Positions 63,961 to 64,000 of a stretch of 64,000 nt of DNA are shown here, in pieces. Under the pieces are notes generated by a model. It was not told the DNA's origin, did no database searches, and saw only the letters and a list, made by a program, of their open reading frames with translations. Location of the stretch: assembly GCA_030141605.1 (NCBI GenBank), contig JAQGDQ010000114.1, positions 248,001 to 312,000 of the forward strand, read 5' to 3'. The translations under genes and the position numbers were made by a program. This stretch comes from Tubiluchus corallicola (Eukaryota; Animalia; Priapulida). Numbering within the stretch: the first letter of the stretch is position 1; every line of letters starts with the position of its first letter.

Positions 63961-64000
63961 TTGTCAATTAGATGCTAGACCGTTGATATTTTTACACACA

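Overview
AT-rich, intron-containing animal (invertebrate-type) genomic DNA; no prokaryotic features. Six protein-coding genes were reconstructed by hand from GT-AG sites and reading-frame phase. (1) On +, a SYD-1/RhoGAP100F-like presynaptic scaffold (PDZ-C2-RhoGAP; 7 exons, 2056-16216, about 1060 aa). (2) On -, a PAP2/LPP phospholipid phosphatase (7 exons, 26870-20827, about 311 aa). (3) On -, a C2H2 zinc-finger gene with an intronless CDS. (4,5) On -, two tandem, nearly intronless UBASH3/Sts/ecdysteroid-phosphate-phosphatase paralogs (UBA-2H-SH3-His phosphatase). (6) On +, SNRPA1 (U2A'), 6 exons, continuing past the window end. Introns and intergenic DNA carry many MITEs (hAT, MULE, Tc1/pogo, Harbinger-like) and LINE fragments. 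Most notable: the SYD-1 GAP arginine finger is encoded as CAA (Gln). A candidate 108-nt frame-preserving cassette exon in SYD-1 intron 3 carries an in-frame UAG-CAA. Both sites could be recoded by a single A-to-I edit. The two UBASH3 paralogs show reciprocal Thr-to-Ala loss in the two 2H HxT motifs. All gene models are manual and unverified by transcript data.
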